DNA of 64,000 nt from the NCBI GenBank assembly GCA_028710985.1, contig JAQTTB010000001.1:523014-587013 (forward strand), written 5' to 3'. Within the stretch, counting starts at the first letter, position 1, and each line of letters starts with the position of its first letter. The notes beneath the pieces are model-generated. The model had not been told where the DNA came from and did not search any database. It saw only the letters and a list, made by a program, of their open reading frames with translations. The position numbers and the translations under genes are program-made. Source of the stretch: Patescibacteria group bacterium. Its GTDB lineage: Bacteria; Patescibacteriota; Patescibacteriia; JAHJFT01. Positions 1 through 10,180 of the stretch are shown here, piece by piece.

Positions 1-276
1 TACATCGTTATCGCGTTCTGCGTTCTTTGGGTGACGATTTTTCTCTGCTGGGTTATTTATTATGTCGCCATGATCTTGCGCCAGGCCCATAGCTTAATGA
101 ACGAGCTCAAAGAAAAAATGCAGGCCATTGACGACGCAATTCGCGGCGTCCGTGAAAAGATTGAGCATTCTTCGGTGCATCTCGCTCTGATTGCCGACGG
201 CGCACGCTATCTTGTTAAATATTTTACCGAGAATAAAGAATCTAAAAGAACAAAAAAGACAAAGATAGAAATATAA
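1..276 (+). CDS. 3' fragment of a hypothetical membrane protein that starts upstream of the window
   Basis: Reading frame is open from base 1 (YIVIAFCVLWVTIFLCWVIYYVAMIL...). A hydrophobic segment is followed by a charged tail. ORF-track entry 31..276. Confidence 0.3.
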   Translation, partial: YIVIAFCVLWVTIFLCWVIYYVAMILRQAHSLMNELKEKMQAIDDAIRGVREKIEHSSVHLALIADGARYLVKYFTENKESKRTKKTKIEI

Positions 277-301
277 TAGGAGGGTCCGATGAAAAATAAT
301 T

Positions 302-3300
302 ATGAAATTCGTACACCTGCACACGCACTCCCATTATTCTCTTCTTGACGGTCTTGGAAAAATTCCCGCTTTGGTTAGTCGGGCCAAGGAGCTTGGTATG
401 CCGGCACTCGCACTAACCGATCATGGCGCCATGTACGGCGCTATTGAATTTTATACGACCTGCCGGAAAGAGGGAATTAAGCCGATTATCGGCGTCGAGG
501 CTTATGTTGCGCCGAACCGCCGCTTTGATAAGCGGCCCAGAATTGATGACGGCGCGTTCCATCTCGTTCTGCTTGCCGAAACGCTTGAGGGATACAAAAA
601 TCTTCTGCGGCTAACCTCAAAGGCATATCTTGAGGGATTTTATTATCGGCCGCGCATGGACAAAGAAATTTTGCGGGAGTATTCACGCGGAATAATTGCG
701 TCAACCGCTTGTCTGGGCGGTCAGATACCGCGCGCTCTTATGGCCGAACGCTTTGAAGACGCGGAGAACCTGGTTACCGAATATAAATCAATTTTCGGGG
801 CAGATAATTTTTTTCTTGAGCTTCAGGACCACCCCGAATTGCCGGAATACGAAATTTTAAATCCGCGCATCATGGATCTCGCCAAAGCGACCGGCACCCC
901 ACTTATCGCCACTAAAGACATTCATTACGTTTATCCCGACGATCGCCAGGCACAGGATCTGCTGACTTGCGTGCAGACCGGTAAGACCGTAAATGACACG
1001 GACCGCCTCAACATGGCCAACCATGACGCCTCGATGACATCGCCCGAGCACATGGCCGAGGCCTTTGCTCACGTTCCCGAAGCGATTGAGAATACCGTGA
1101 AAATCGCCGAGCGCTGCAATGTGGAAATTCCGCTCGGCGGCAACATTCTTCCGGTTTTTCACGTGCCGACCGGCGAATCCGACAACGCCTATCTGCGCCG
1201 TCTTTGCGAAAAGGGACTTGGGGATCGCTTTCCCGTCGCCGGACCGGAAATCCGCGAACGGCTTGAGTACGAGCTTAGCACTATTGAACGAATGGGTTTT
1301 GCCTCGTATTTCCTGATTGTTTCGGATTTTGTGAACTGGGCCAAGGATCGAGGCATTATGGTCGGCCCGGGCCGCGGCTCGGCCGCCGGTTCGATCGTAT
1401 CGTATGTTTTAAAAATTACCGACATCGATCCATTGCGCTACGGCCTGCTGTTTGAAAGATTTTTGAATCCGGACCGCATTTCCATGCCGGATATCGACCT
1501 TGATTTTGCCGATGACCGCCGCGGCGAGGTGATTGAGTACGTCGTGAAAAAATACGGCAGCGACAATGTCGCTGGAATCATTACCTTCGGGACAATGGCC
1601 TCGCGCGCTGCGGTGCGCGATGTTGGCCGCGTCCTCGGCTGGCCGTACGGAGAAGTTGATCGCATTGCCAAACTCATCCCGCCGCCGATTCAGGGTAAGC
1701 ATATTCCGCTCGTGAAATCAGTCAAGGAAAATCCCGAGCTCCGCGCTGTCTACGAGGGAGACGCGCGTGTCAAAGAGCTTCTCGATCTCTCCATGAAACT
1801 CGAGGGGACCGTGCGCCACGCGTCCCAGCACGCCTGCGGCATCGTTATTTCCGACAAGCCGCTCACTGAATATGTGCCTCTCCAGGCGGTGCCGGATGGC
1901 GACATTGATCGGGTTACTCAGTATTCGCTCCATCCGATTGAGGATATCGGTCTTCTGAAGATGGACTTCTTGGGGCTCGCGAACCTGACCATCATTCAGA
2001 ACGCGTTGGATATCATCGGCGCGGTTTATCACGAAAAAATTGATATCGAAAAAATTCCTCTGGATGATAAGAAGGCATTCGAACTTCTCGGTCGCGGCGA
2101 AACGACGGGTGTGTTTCAGCTTGAGTCAGACGGCATGAAACGCTACATCAAAGAGCTTAAACCCACGGAAATGGAAGATATTATCGCCATGGTTGCGCTC
2201 TACCGCCCGGGCCCGATGCAATGGATTGACAGTTTCATCCGGCGCAAGCACGGTAAGGAGCGGATTGAATATGAGCATCCGCTGATGGAGAACGCGCTCA
2301 AGAACACATACGGCATTCCGGTTTATCAAGAACAGGTCATGCAGGTTTCAAAAGATATGGCCGGGTTTACCGGCGGCGAGGCCGATACTCTGCGCAAGGC
2401 CATGGGAAAGAAGATTGCCGCGCTCATGAAGGAGATGAAGGATAAATTTATCAAGGGCGCGGTCAAGCAGGGCGTGGCGCGTGACAAAGCCGACAAGGTA
2501 TTTACGCGTCTTGAAGACTTCGCGGCATACGGTTTTAACAAGTCGCACGCCACCTGCTATGCCATGATCGCTTATCGCACCGCGTTTCTCAAGGCGCGTT
2601 ATCCCAATTGTTTTATGGCCGCGCTCATGAATTCCGATTCCCAGAATATCGACCGCATCACCATTGAAGTCGATGAGTGTCGCAAGATGGGGCTGGAGGT
2701 CCTGCCGCCGGATGTTAATGAGTCATTTGGAAAATTTGCCATTGTGCCTAATACCAATAAAATTCGCTGGGGCCTTTCGGCAATCAAAAATCTCGGTGAA
2801 GATATCGTTAAGACAATTGTTCACGAAAGAAAAGCGAACGGCAATTTCCGCGACCTTGAAGATTTTATTTCACGCATCAATACAAAGAATTTTAACAAAA
2901 AATCCCTGGAATCGCTTATCCGCTCCGGCGCGCTTGATTTGTTCGGCGAGCGGAACCAGCTTTTGCAGAATATCGAAATACTTTTGGAATTTCATCGTGG
3001 CATTCAGAAAGAGATTGAAAGCGGCCAGTCCAGTCTCTTTGCCGGGTCGCCCGAGGTCGGCCGGTCAAGGCTCACCCTGCGTCCTGTCCCCGCCGCGCCA
3101 AAGAGAGAGCGTCTGCAGTGGGAGAGAGAACTATTGGGCCTTTACGTCACTGAACATCCGTTTCGCGAGCTCGAGGAGGCGCTCGGTGATGCGATTACAA
3201 GGCTTTCTGAGCTTGCGCACCGGCGCGAGGGATTCGTGAAAATTGGCGGCGTGCTTACAACGATGAAAAAAATCCTGACGAGAAAAAATGAAACCATGCT

Positions 3301-3769
3301 GTTTGCAAGAATTGAGGACACATCCGGAGATATTGAACTTATTATTTTTCCCAATACCTACCGTGATTTTAGCGCCGTTTGGCAGGCGGATAACACGATA
3401 ATCGTTTCCGGAAAAATTTCGGACAAAGATGGGGAACCGAAAGTAATAGTGAACAGCGCCTGCTCCGCGGATAAGGAAAATTGCATGCAGGCGCTTTCCA
3501 TTCTGGAAAACGGCGCCGGCTGGGCGCCGTCCGCGGCTTCTCTTTCGCGCGCGGTGCAGATCGAGATCCCGGGGAGTGCCGCTGGCGAAACTATGGCCCG
3601 GCTCAAGGAGGTACTTCTTGCGTATCCGGGCGGAGAGCGGGTGCGGCTCATAATTGGCAGCGGATACGCGGCCAAAAAAATCGAGCCCGATATTCGCGTG
3701 GATTATTCCGCCGGGCTTGTCGAGGCGGTTGGCGGCCTGCTCGGGCCCGAGAGTATTCGCATGGCGTAG
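302..3769 (+). CDS. dnaE: DNA polymerase III alpha subunit
   Basis: 1155 aa. N-terminal PHP domain (HLHTHSHYSLLDG) and PolIIIA core motifs. AGGAGG upstream of the ATG. Confidence 0.95.
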   Translation: MKFVHLHTHSHYSLLDGLGKIPALVSRAKELGMPALALTDHGAMYGAIEFYTTCRKEGIKPIIGVEAYVAPNRRFDKRPRIDDGAFHLVLLAETLEGYKNLLRLTSKAYLEGFYYRPRMDKEILREYSRGIIASTACLGGQIPRALMAERFEDAENLVTEYKSIFGADNFFLELQDHPELPEYEILNPRIMDLAKATGTPLIATKDIHYVYPDDRQAQDLLTCVQTGKTVNDTDRLNMANHDASMTSPEHMAEAFAHVPEAIENTVKIAERCNVEIPLGGNILPVFHVPTGESDNAYLRRLCEKGLGDRFPVAGPEIRERLEYELSTIERMGFASYFLIVSDFVNWAKDRGIMVGPGRGSAAGSIVSYVLKITDIDPLRYGLLFERFLNPDRISMPDIDLDFADDRRGEVIEYVVKKYGSDNVAGIITFGTMASRAAVRDVGRVLGWPYGEVDRIAKLIPPPIQGKHIPLVKSVKENPELRAVYEGDARVKELLDLSMKLEGTVRHASQHACGIVISDKPLTEYVPLQAVPDGDIDRVTQYSLHPIEDIGLLKMDFLGLANLTIIQNALDIIGAVYHEKIDIEKIPLDDKKAFELLGRGETTGVFQLESDGMKRYIKELKPTEMEDIIAMVALYRPGPMQWIDSFIRRKHGKERIEYEHPLMENALKNTYGIPVYQEQVMQVSKDMAGFTGGEADTLRKAMGKKIAALMKEMKDKFIKGAVKQGVARDKADKVFTRLEDFAAYGFNKSHATCYAMIAYRTAFLKARYPNCFMAALMNSDSQNIDRITIEVDECRKMGLEVLPPDVNESFGKFAIVPNTNKIRWGLSAIKNLGEDIVKTIVHERKANGNFRDLEDFISRINTKNFNKKSLESLIRSGALDLFGERNQLLQNIEILLEFHRGIQKEIESGQSSLFAGSPEVGRSRLTLRPVPAAPKRERLQWERELLGLYVTEHPFRELEEALGDAITRLSELAHRREGFVKIGGVLTTMKKILTRKNETMLFARIEDTSGDIELIIFPNTYRDFSAVWQADNTIIVSGKISDKDGEPKVIVNSACSADKENCMQALSILENGAGWAPSAASLSRAVQIEIPGSAAGETMARLKEVLLAYPGGERVRLIIGSGYAAKKIEPDIRVDYSAGLVEAVGGLLGPESIRMA

Positions 3770-3825
3770 GTGTTTTTTTAATGTAAAAATGGTATAATAT
3801 TACACACAAATAAAAACACAATTTT

Positions 3826-5019
3826 ATGATACAAGACACTCAAAAACGCCAGGTGACGCGTAAGCCAGTCGCCCATATCGTAAAACAGCGTCCGCCCGCG
3901 GTACGCCTGTACCGCCGGATTGCTATCAGTTTTTTGATTCTGACAATTTTATTACTCGCCTTGGTGGCCTATCTTTCATTCTCTAGCGCCCATATTAAGA
4001 TATTCACGGCCGCCGAAACTGCAAGCGCTGAGTTTGTGGCCGACATCGTCAAGGTGGCGAGCGCGCCTAATCAGGTTGAGGGTAGGATCGTTGAGCGAAT
4101 ATTTGAAAAATCAAAAGAATTTACGCCGTCGGGCGAAGGCAAGACAACGCCAGCCAAGGCCGGCGGGGAAGTAACCATTATTAATAAATATAATAAAGAT
4201 CAGGCGCTCATTGCGACGACGCGTCTTCAGGCGACGGACGGAAAAATTTTTCGTATCGATAAGAGCGTCGTTGTACCGGCCGGCGGCGAGATAAAGGCGA
4301 CTGCTCATGCCGACAAAGAGGGCGCGGAATATGAAATCGGGCCGTCTCATTTCATTATCCCCGGGCTCTGGGAAGGGTTGCGTGACAAGATCTATGCCGA
4401 ATCCGCTTCTCCGATGACCGGCGGAACCGTAACTTTGAAAGTAGTGAGCGCCGACGATCTCACTCGCGCCGAGTCGGAGCTTGCAAGTGAAATATTAGAG
4501 CAGGTCAAGGCCGATTTAATCAGCGAGAACGCGGATCCGCGTTTCTCCAAACCGGTTTTTTCAATTGAAACGTTGGAAAAAGTTTCAGACACAATTCCTG
4601 GGCAGGAGGCTGACAAATTCACAATCAAGCTTAAGGTCAAGGTTATTGCGGTTTTCTATAATGCCGAACAAATGGACGGCGTGATGGCGTCCAAACTAGA
4701 GGAGGCCATGGATAGTGATCACACGCTCGGTGACATCATGGAAGACAGTATTATCTTCACGATTGGCCGCTATGATTCATCAACCGGAATTGTTAATCTC
4801 GCAGTGAGCGCGTTCGGCGAGGCGCGCCTCAAAGAGAACAGCCGGCTTTTGGACAAGCGGAAAATTACCGGCCTTGGCGTGGATGACGCTAAAAAGTATC
4901 TTATGAGTTCGCCGTCAATTGAGAATGTCGAAATTTCCTCAAGCCCGTTCTGGCTCAAGCGCGTCCCGAATTTGGAAGATCATATTGAATATGAAATAAT
5001 TTATGGAGGGACTGAATAA
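3826..5019 (+). CDS. hypothetical N-terminally membrane-anchored protein
   Basis: 397-aa ORF with a single TM helix (ISFLILTILLLALVAYLSF) after a basic N-terminus. No recognisable catalytic motif. Confidence 0.5.
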   Translation: MIQDTQKRQVTRKPVAHIVKQRPPAVRLYRRIAISFLILTILLLALVAYLSFSSAHIKIFTAAETASAEFVADIVKVASAPNQVEGRIVERIFEKSKEFTPSGEGKTTPAKAGGEVTIINKYNKDQALIATTRLQATDGKIFRIDKSVVVPAGGEIKATAHADKEGAEYEIGPSHFIIPGLWEGLRDKIYAESASPMTGGTVTLKVVSADDLTRAESELASEILEQVKADLISENADPRFSKPVFSIETLEKVSDTIPGQEADKFTIKLKVKVIAVFYNAEQMDGVMASKLEEAMDSDHTLGDIMEDSIIFTIGRYDSSTGIVNLAVSAFGEARLKENSRLLDKRKITGLGVDDAKKYLMSSPSIENVEISSSPFWLKRVPNLEDHIEYEIIYGGTE

Positions 5020-5024
5020 AAATT

Positions 5025-6818
5025 ATGGAAAAACATGACAAATTAGAAATCATGCGCCATTCGGCCGCCCATGTCATGGCCGCGGCCGTACAAAAACTTT
5101 TTCCGGATGCCAAGTTCGGCATCGGTCCGGTAATTGAGTGCGGTTTTTATTATGATTTTGACATCAGAGAGAATCTCACGCCCGAACATTTGGAGAAGAT
5201 AGAGAAAGAGATGGAGAAGATTATTAAAGAAAAAATTGAGTTTGAGCGCGAGGAAATGGATATCGAATCAGCTATCAATCTGTTCAAAAAACTTGGCCAG
5301 GATTACAAAGTTGAGCTTCTCCGCGATATCAAAGAGAAGGGCACTACGAAATTCAAATCCAGCGAAGAGCAGGAGCTCGTGCAGGAAGGAGAAAAAATTT
5401 CAATTTACCGCACCGGCGATTTCGTTGATCTCTGCCGCGGCCCTCATGTCAAAAATACTGGTGAAATAAAAGTCTTCAAACTTCTGAATCTTGCCGGAGC
5501 CTATTGGCGCGGTTCGGAAAAGAACCCCATGCTCCAGCGCATTTACGCCACGGCCTGGGAAAAACAGAAAGATCTGGACGAGTATCTTCGCGTCCAGGAA
5601 GAGGCCACCAAGCGCGACCACCGCAAGCTCGGCAAAGAGCTGGATATTTTCATATTCAACGAAAACATCGGCAAGGGCCTGCCTCTCTTATTGCCGAACG
5701 GCCGCGTTCTACGCGATGAGATTCTTAAGCTCGAGCGCGAGATTGAAGACACAGTCGGCTTTGAAAGGGTCTGGACTCCGCAAATCGCGAAAAGTGATCT
5801 CTACAAGCTCACTGGTCACTGGGACCATTATCAAGACACCATGTTTCCAGCTTTCGGCATGGAGGACGAAACCTACGTGCTCCGGCCGATGAACTGCCCG
5901 CATCACTACATGATTTATAAAAACAAGCCGCACAGCTACCGCGAACTGCCGCTGCGCATCACCGAAGACGGAACCTGCTATCGTTTTGAAAAATCCGGTG
6001 AACTCGGCGGACTCGCGCGCGTGCGCTGCCTTACAATTGATGACGCCCACATTTTTATTATGCCGAGCCAGATTGAAGAAGAATACCCGCGCCTCATCGG
6101 CATGGCGAAAAAGATGTTTGATGCGTTCCAACTCAAAGACTATTATGTCCGGCTTTCCACGCACGATCCGGAGAACACGGAAAAATATATTTCCGACCAG
6201 AATACCTGGAACAAGGCCGAAGCCCTGCTGGAAAAAATCGTCAAAGCGAATAACATCAAGTATGTTATCGGCAAGGGCGAAGCCGCCTTCTACGGGCCAA
6301 AGCTCGATTTCATCGTTCACGACGCCATCGGCCGCGAATGGCAGATGTCCACGCTTCAGATCGATTTCTTCATGGCCGAGCGGCTTGGCATGACTTATAT
6401 TGATGATAAGGGACAAGACGCTTATCCCATCATCATTCACCGTGGGTTCACCGGTTCACTTGAGCGCACCATCGCCATGCTGATTGAGCATTTCAGCGGC
6501 GCTTTTCCGGTCTGGCTCGCACCGGTTCAGGTGAAACTCATACCGGTCGGAGCCGGGCACATTGATTTTTGCGCCGCTTTGCACAAAGAATTTTTATCCC
6601 TGGGCATTCGTTCGCGCGTTGATGATGCCAATGAAACCGTGGGCAATAAAATCCGCAAGGCGGAAAAAGAAAAAGTACCCTACATGCTCGTGGTCGGGGA
6701 TAAAGAAATGAGCGGAGAAGAAATGACCGTCCGCGTTCGGGGAGAAAAGGACCAGATCAAGATGGCCAAGCCGGAATTTACAGAAAAAATCCTCGGCGAG
6801 ATAAAGAACCGGACATAA
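5025..6818 (+). CDS. thrS: threonyl-tRNA synthetase (short form lacking N-terminal TGS domain)
   Basis: HSAAHVMAAAV editing-domain motif and class II core (RPMNCPHH, GPKLDF), 597 aa. Confidence 0.93.
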   Translation: MEKHDKLEIMRHSAAHVMAAAVQKLFPDAKFGIGPVIECGFYYDFDIRENLTPEHLEKIEKEMEKIIKEKIEFEREEMDIESAINLFKKLGQDYKVELLRDIKEKGTTKFKSSEEQELVQEGEKISIYRTGDFVDLCRGPHVKNTGEIKVFKLLNLAGAYWRGSEKNPMLQRIYATAWEKQKDLDEYLRVQEEATKRDHRKLGKELDIFIFNENIGKGLPLLLPNGRVLRDEILKLEREIEDTVGFERVWTPQIAKSDLYKLTGHWDHYQDTMFPAFGMEDETYVLRPMNCPHHYMIYKNKPHSYRELPLRITEDGTCYRFEKSGELGGLARVRCLTIDDAHIFIMPSQIEEEYPRLIGMAKKMFDAFQLKDYYVRLSTHDPENTEKYISDQNTWNKAEALLEKIVKANNIKYVIGKGEAAFYGPKLDFIVHDAIGREWQMSTLQIDFFMAERLGMTYIDDKGQDAYPIIIHRGFTGSLERTIAMLIEHFSGAFPVWLAPVQVKLIPVGAGHIDFCAALHKEFLSLGIRSRVDDANETVGNKIRKAEKEKVPYMLVVGDKEMSGEEMTVRVRGEKDQIKMAKPEFTEKILGEIKNRT

Positions 6819-6840
6819 ATTATAAGCGTGTAAAAATATT

Positions 6841-6915
6841 CTGTAGGGGCAGGCCTTGTGCCTGCCCTGTTTTAATGCCGTCTAAAATAGGCGACCGCAA
6901 GGGTCGCCCCTACAG
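6841..6915. terminator. compound nested-hairpin element downstream of thrS (REP-like, GTAGGGGC family)
   Basis: Outer arms CTGTAGGGGC/GCCCCTACAG enclose two inner hairpins (GGCAGGCCTTGTGCCTGCC and GGCGACCGCAAGGGTCGCC). Confidence 0.5.
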
Positions 6916-6919
6916 CCTC

Positions 6920-6948
6920 TTGACATTTTGGCTAAATTATGGTAAATT
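6920..6948 (+). promoter_or_regulatory. sigma70-like promoter for the 6974 gene
   Basis: TTGACA, 17-nt spacer, TAAATT. AGGAGG Shine-Dalgarno before the ATG at 6974. Confidence 0.5.
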
Positions 6949-6973
6949 GGCCTGTTCCGAATAGGAGGACGCC

Positions 6974-7381
6974 ATGGATTCTGTCAACTCGCCTCCGGTC
7001 GTGGATTCCGTATCTCCGGCTGATTTAGAAGACGGCATTGCCGAAGCCTCGCTCACCATAGTGCCCAAGACCGTGCCGGTCGCGGACCGCAAGCTCATTC
7101 TGGTGATTGACCGCGGCTTGGACAGTCTGCCGGTTTCCGAGCTTTCCAAGCTCGAGATCACGTTTGAGTTCCGGAGCCAGGTCCAGGATTTCCGCGTTAA
7201 GGAAGTCTGGGACGGCCTGCCCTACTACCTCGAGCTTGAACCCGTAGATGCGCCGCTTTACACGGCGCTGCTCGAGGATCCCAACTCAACCACCATGGTT
7301 CCGGAGATAATCTTCTCCCACCAGTGCGGGGAAATGTTCACCAAACCCAACAGCCGCTGTCATCGCGAACTTCTTGACTGA
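6974..7381 (+). CDS. hypothetical protein
   Basis: 135-aa ORF with consensus promoter and SD upstream, and a GAACCC-ACTCC-GGGTTC plus T-run terminator at 7379-7407. Confidence 0.5.
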   Translation: MDSVNSPPVVDSVSPADLEDGIAEASLTIVPKTVPVADRKLILVIDRGLDSLPVSELSKLEITFEFRSQVQDFRVKEVWDGLPYYLELEPVDAPLYTALLEDPNSTTMVPEIIFSHQCGEMFTKPNSRCHRELLD

Positions 7382-7410
7382 ACCCACTCCGGGTTCGTCT
7401 TTTTTTAATC

Positions 7411-7445
7411 AAAAAACGCCCCGAGCTTATCGAGGGGCGTTTTTC
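7411..7445 (-). terminator. intrinsic terminator (conserved-loop family GAGYYTATCG)
   Basis: AAAAAACGCCCCGAGCTTATCGAGGGGCGTTTTTC. Stem GCCCC/GGGGC with flanking A- and T-runs. Serves the minus-strand PP2C gene. Confidence 0.6.
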
Positions 7446-7454
7446 AATTTATAA

Positions 7455-8744
7455 TTAATGTACCAGCATCGCTCCGGCCGTGGAATCATCCTGCTTGGCC
7501 CGTTCCTGTGCCAGCTTGTCGGTCCGCACAATATTTTTAAGTTCCGGATACTGGTCCAGGCTCATTTTGCCCATGCGGATTTTTGATGCAACCACCAGCA
7601 TCTGGCTCATGCGGTTCGGATCGTCGGCGAATTTTTTGGCAATTTTCTCAATTTCGTCATCGAAAAGATTGTCATGAATGCCGTCGCTTGTTTCAAAAAA
7701 TACATCGCCTTTTTTCGCGTCTACGGTAAAGATTTGGGCCGCGGATTCAATGTCGGCCGCGCTCTTGGAACTGATGCCTGTGGTTTTTTCGCGGATCTCG
7801 TTGATGCTAAAGGTTGCTTTTTTTGCTCCGCCCTCTTCTGAAAAATACCCCTGCTTGATCACTCTTGGACCTTTCTCTAAGATGTCGCCAAGCACCATTT
7901 TTTTAATCGCGCCGGCCGATGGTTCAGGAAATTTTTGAGAAATAATATTATCCAGTTCTTCCAGGGTGTAGCGCGTGTCGGTTGACTGGTCATCCGGAAA
8001 AATTCCCTCGTCAATCAGAAACTGCGCCGGCGAACTGTCGCGGGTCAGGCGCTCCATCTTTCCGCCGCGGAGCCGCATCACCCGGCTGTCGCCCATGTGC
8101 GCGACTGTCACTTTTTCCTGGGGTTCTTTTTTACCAAAGCCCAGGATTCCTTTTTCGCCCGGCTGGGTCCAGCGGTGCATCATGCTGAAGGTCGCACCCA
8201 TCGCTTCAGCGCCGCGGCTTTTATCGGCCCTTAAGTCATCGCCGTGTAAGGCGGCAAAGGTCGCCATTTCTTTCTGTGAAGTAAACATGAGATTGCGCAG
8301 GCTTTCTTCAATGGTTTTTTGGTCGCCCTTGGCCGCGCTGTCGCGGAGTAGCGCGTCATGGCGCTTATAAAAATCTTTCACCGTGTCGCGGATAGTGTGC
8401 GAGGCTTCATAACCGCCCATTTGCCCGCCCATGCCGTCGGCCACCAGAACATAATTATCGCCGGCCGCGAGCGCGTCTTCGTTTTTTTCATGGTCGCCTT
8501 TCAAAGAATAAGCCGTGGCTTCGGCGGATTTTTCAATCTCCGGCGAGTTTTCGGCAATGCCAATGTCCTCGCGGATTTCTTCAATCTGCGCTTCTTCGGC
8601 CGCTCGGGCTTTGGCGCGCGCCGCTTCGGGCAGCGGGGGAGGCATTCTCCTCTTCGCGGCTTCGGGAATCGGCGGCGGGCCTTTCTTTTCAGCTTTAAAT
8701 TCCTGCGGACTATAGGATTCGAATTGTGCTCCGGTTTCCGGCAT
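7455..8744 (-). CDS. PP2C-family Ser/Thr protein phosphatase with Pro-rich N-terminal region
   Basis: PP2C metal-binding motifs VADGMGG, HMGDSR and TSDGIHDNL. Confidence 0.8.
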   Translation of the reverse strand: MPETGAQFESYSPQEFKAEKKGPPPIPEAAKRRMPPPLPEAARAKARAAEEAQIEEIREDIGIAENSPEIEKSAEATAYSLKGDHEKNEDALAAGDNYVLVADGMGGQMGGYEASHTIRDTVKDFYKRHDALLRDSAAKGDQKTIEESLRNLMFTSQKEMATFAALHGDDLRADKSRGAEAMGATFSMMHRWTQPGEKGILGFGKKEPQEKVTVAHMGDSRVMRLRGGKMERLTRDSSPAQFLIDEGIFPDDQSTDTRYTLEELDNIISQKFPEPSAGAIKKMVLGDILEKGPRVIKQGYFSEEGGAKKATFSINEIREKTTGISSKSAADIESAAQIFTVDAKKGDVFFETSDGIHDNLFDDEIEKIAKKFADDPNRMSQMLVVASKIRMGKMSLDQYPELKNIVRTDKLAQERAKQDDSTAGAMLVH

Positions 8745-8805
8745 ATTGAAAATATATATTGATTATTACTACAATTTTAGCATATTTTAGGCAAAAAGTC
8801 AAGTC

Positions 8806-8834
8806 TTGAATTTTCTTTATTCCGGGGTTATAAT
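8806..8834 (+). promoter_or_regulatory. sigma70-like promoter for miaB
   Basis: TTGAAT, 17-nt spacer, TATAAT, immediately upstream of miaB. Confidence 0.45.
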
Positions 8835-8842
8835 CAAAATCC

Positions 8843-10180
8843 ATGACTAAACATTATCATCTCATTGCCCTGGGCTGTCAGATGAATAAATCCGATTCCG
8901 AGCGCGCTGCCGCGTTACTCGATAGTCTCGGCCTGACTCAAACTCTTCGTCCCGAAGAGGCGGATTTTATTTTGATAAATACCTGCTCGGTGCGCCAGTC
9001 GGCCGAAGACCGCGTTTATGGGCAGGTGAAGAAATTTAATAAATTAAAAATCAAAAAGCCGGGGCTCATCATTGGCGTTACCGGTTGTATGCCCGGCCGT
9101 GACAAAAGAGGGGAATTTTTTAAAAAAATGCCCGGTCTTGATTTGTATTTCCCAATTAGCGACTTGCCGCATCTTCCGGCCATGCTCCGTGCCCGGAATC
9201 CGGAAATCGGCATTCTGGAAGTTGATCCCGATTATCTCAAAATCGCGCCAAAGCATCAAAACAAGTTTAAAGCATTCATTACAATCGAGACCGGCTGTGA
9301 TAAGTACTGCGCTTACTGCGTCGTGCCGTTCGCGCGCGGCCCGGTGCGCCATCGGCTACTCAGTGACATTCTGGTTGAGGCGCGCGCTCTCGCCGCCGGC
9401 GGTTGTCTGGAAATCACCCTGCTCGGCCAGACCGTGAATAATTACATAGCCGCGGATGCGGAAAATTTTAATTCAAAAAATCCGTTCAAAGACAACTTTG
9501 CCGCTCTGCTTTGGGAGCTTAATCAAATTTCCGGGATTGAACGCATCCACTTTACCGCGGCGCATCCGAGCCACATGACCGATGAGGTGATTGCCGCGCT
9601 CGCGCTGCCGCGCCAGGCCAATTATCTCCATCTCCCGGTCCAGTCGGGGAGCAATTCGGTACTCGCGAGGATGAATCGACCATATACGCGCGAAGAGTAT
9701 ATAGAAATTATCAAAAAAGTCCGCAGCGCGCGGCCGGGGATTGCCATCGGTACGGATATCATTGTCGGATTTCCGGGCGAAACAGCCGAGGAATTTGAGG
9801 AGACTCTGAGTCTCTACCGTGAAATTGAGTTTGATATATCATACAACGCGATTTATTCGCCGCGGTCCGGCACGGCCGCGGTTAAAGCCTATGGAGACGA
9901 TGTCCCGCGCGAGGAAAAAGAGTGGCGTTGGCAGGAGCTGGAAAACACCATGCGCGAAATCACTCTGCGGAAGAATCAGGCATACGCCGGCCGCGAGGTT
10001 TCCGTGCTTGTGGATTCATGCGCCGCCGGCATTTGCCGCGGCAATTCAGCAGAAATGAAGCTGGTGAATTTTTCACACCTCGGGGATTTGACAGGCCAAA
10101 TCCGGCCTGTTATTATTGAAGTCCCTAAACTGTGGATTTTGGAAGGTAAATTGGCCCTCATTAATGATAAAAAAGAGTAA
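8843..10180 (+). CDS. miaB: tRNA (N6-isopentenyladenosine-37) methylthiotransferase
   Basis: MTTase N-domain; radical-SAM CDKYCAYC cluster; TRAM-like C-terminus. Followed directly by miaA. Confidence 0.9.
   Translation: MTKHYHLIALGCQMNKSDSERAAALLDSLGLTQTLRPEEADFILINTCSVRQSAEDRVYGQVKKFNKLKIKKPGLIIGVTGCMPGRDKRGEFFKKMPGLDLYFPISDLPHLPAMLRARNPEIGILEVDPDYLKIAPKHQNKFKAFITIETGCDKYCAYCVVPFARGPVRHRLLSDILVEARALAAGGCLEITLLGQTVNNYIAADAENFNSKNPFKDNFAALLWELNQISGIERIHFTAAHPSHMTDEVIAALALPRQANYLHLPVQSGSNSVLARMNRPYTREEYIEIIKKVRSARPGIAIGTDIIVGFPGETAEEFEETLSLYREIEFDISYNAIYSPRSGTAAVKAYGDDVPREEKEWRWQELENTMREITLRKNQAYAGREVSVLVDSCAAGICRGNSAEMKLVNFSHLGDLTGQIRPVIIEVPKLWILEGKLALINDKKE

Noticed and set aside
5709-6440. 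243-aa antisense ORF inside thrS; similar antisense ORFs at 10239..10856 (miaA), 22831..23451 (SEDS gene), 31950..32543 (queA), 33261..34169 (metK/PPIase), 40709..41644 (RecB nuclease), 50434..50979 (GT2), 55403..55873 (mreB), 62468..62995 (lipoprotein)
   Set aside because: Each lies entirely antisense to a confidently identified conserved gene. None has an SD. These are expected shadow ORFs in GC-rich coding DNA.
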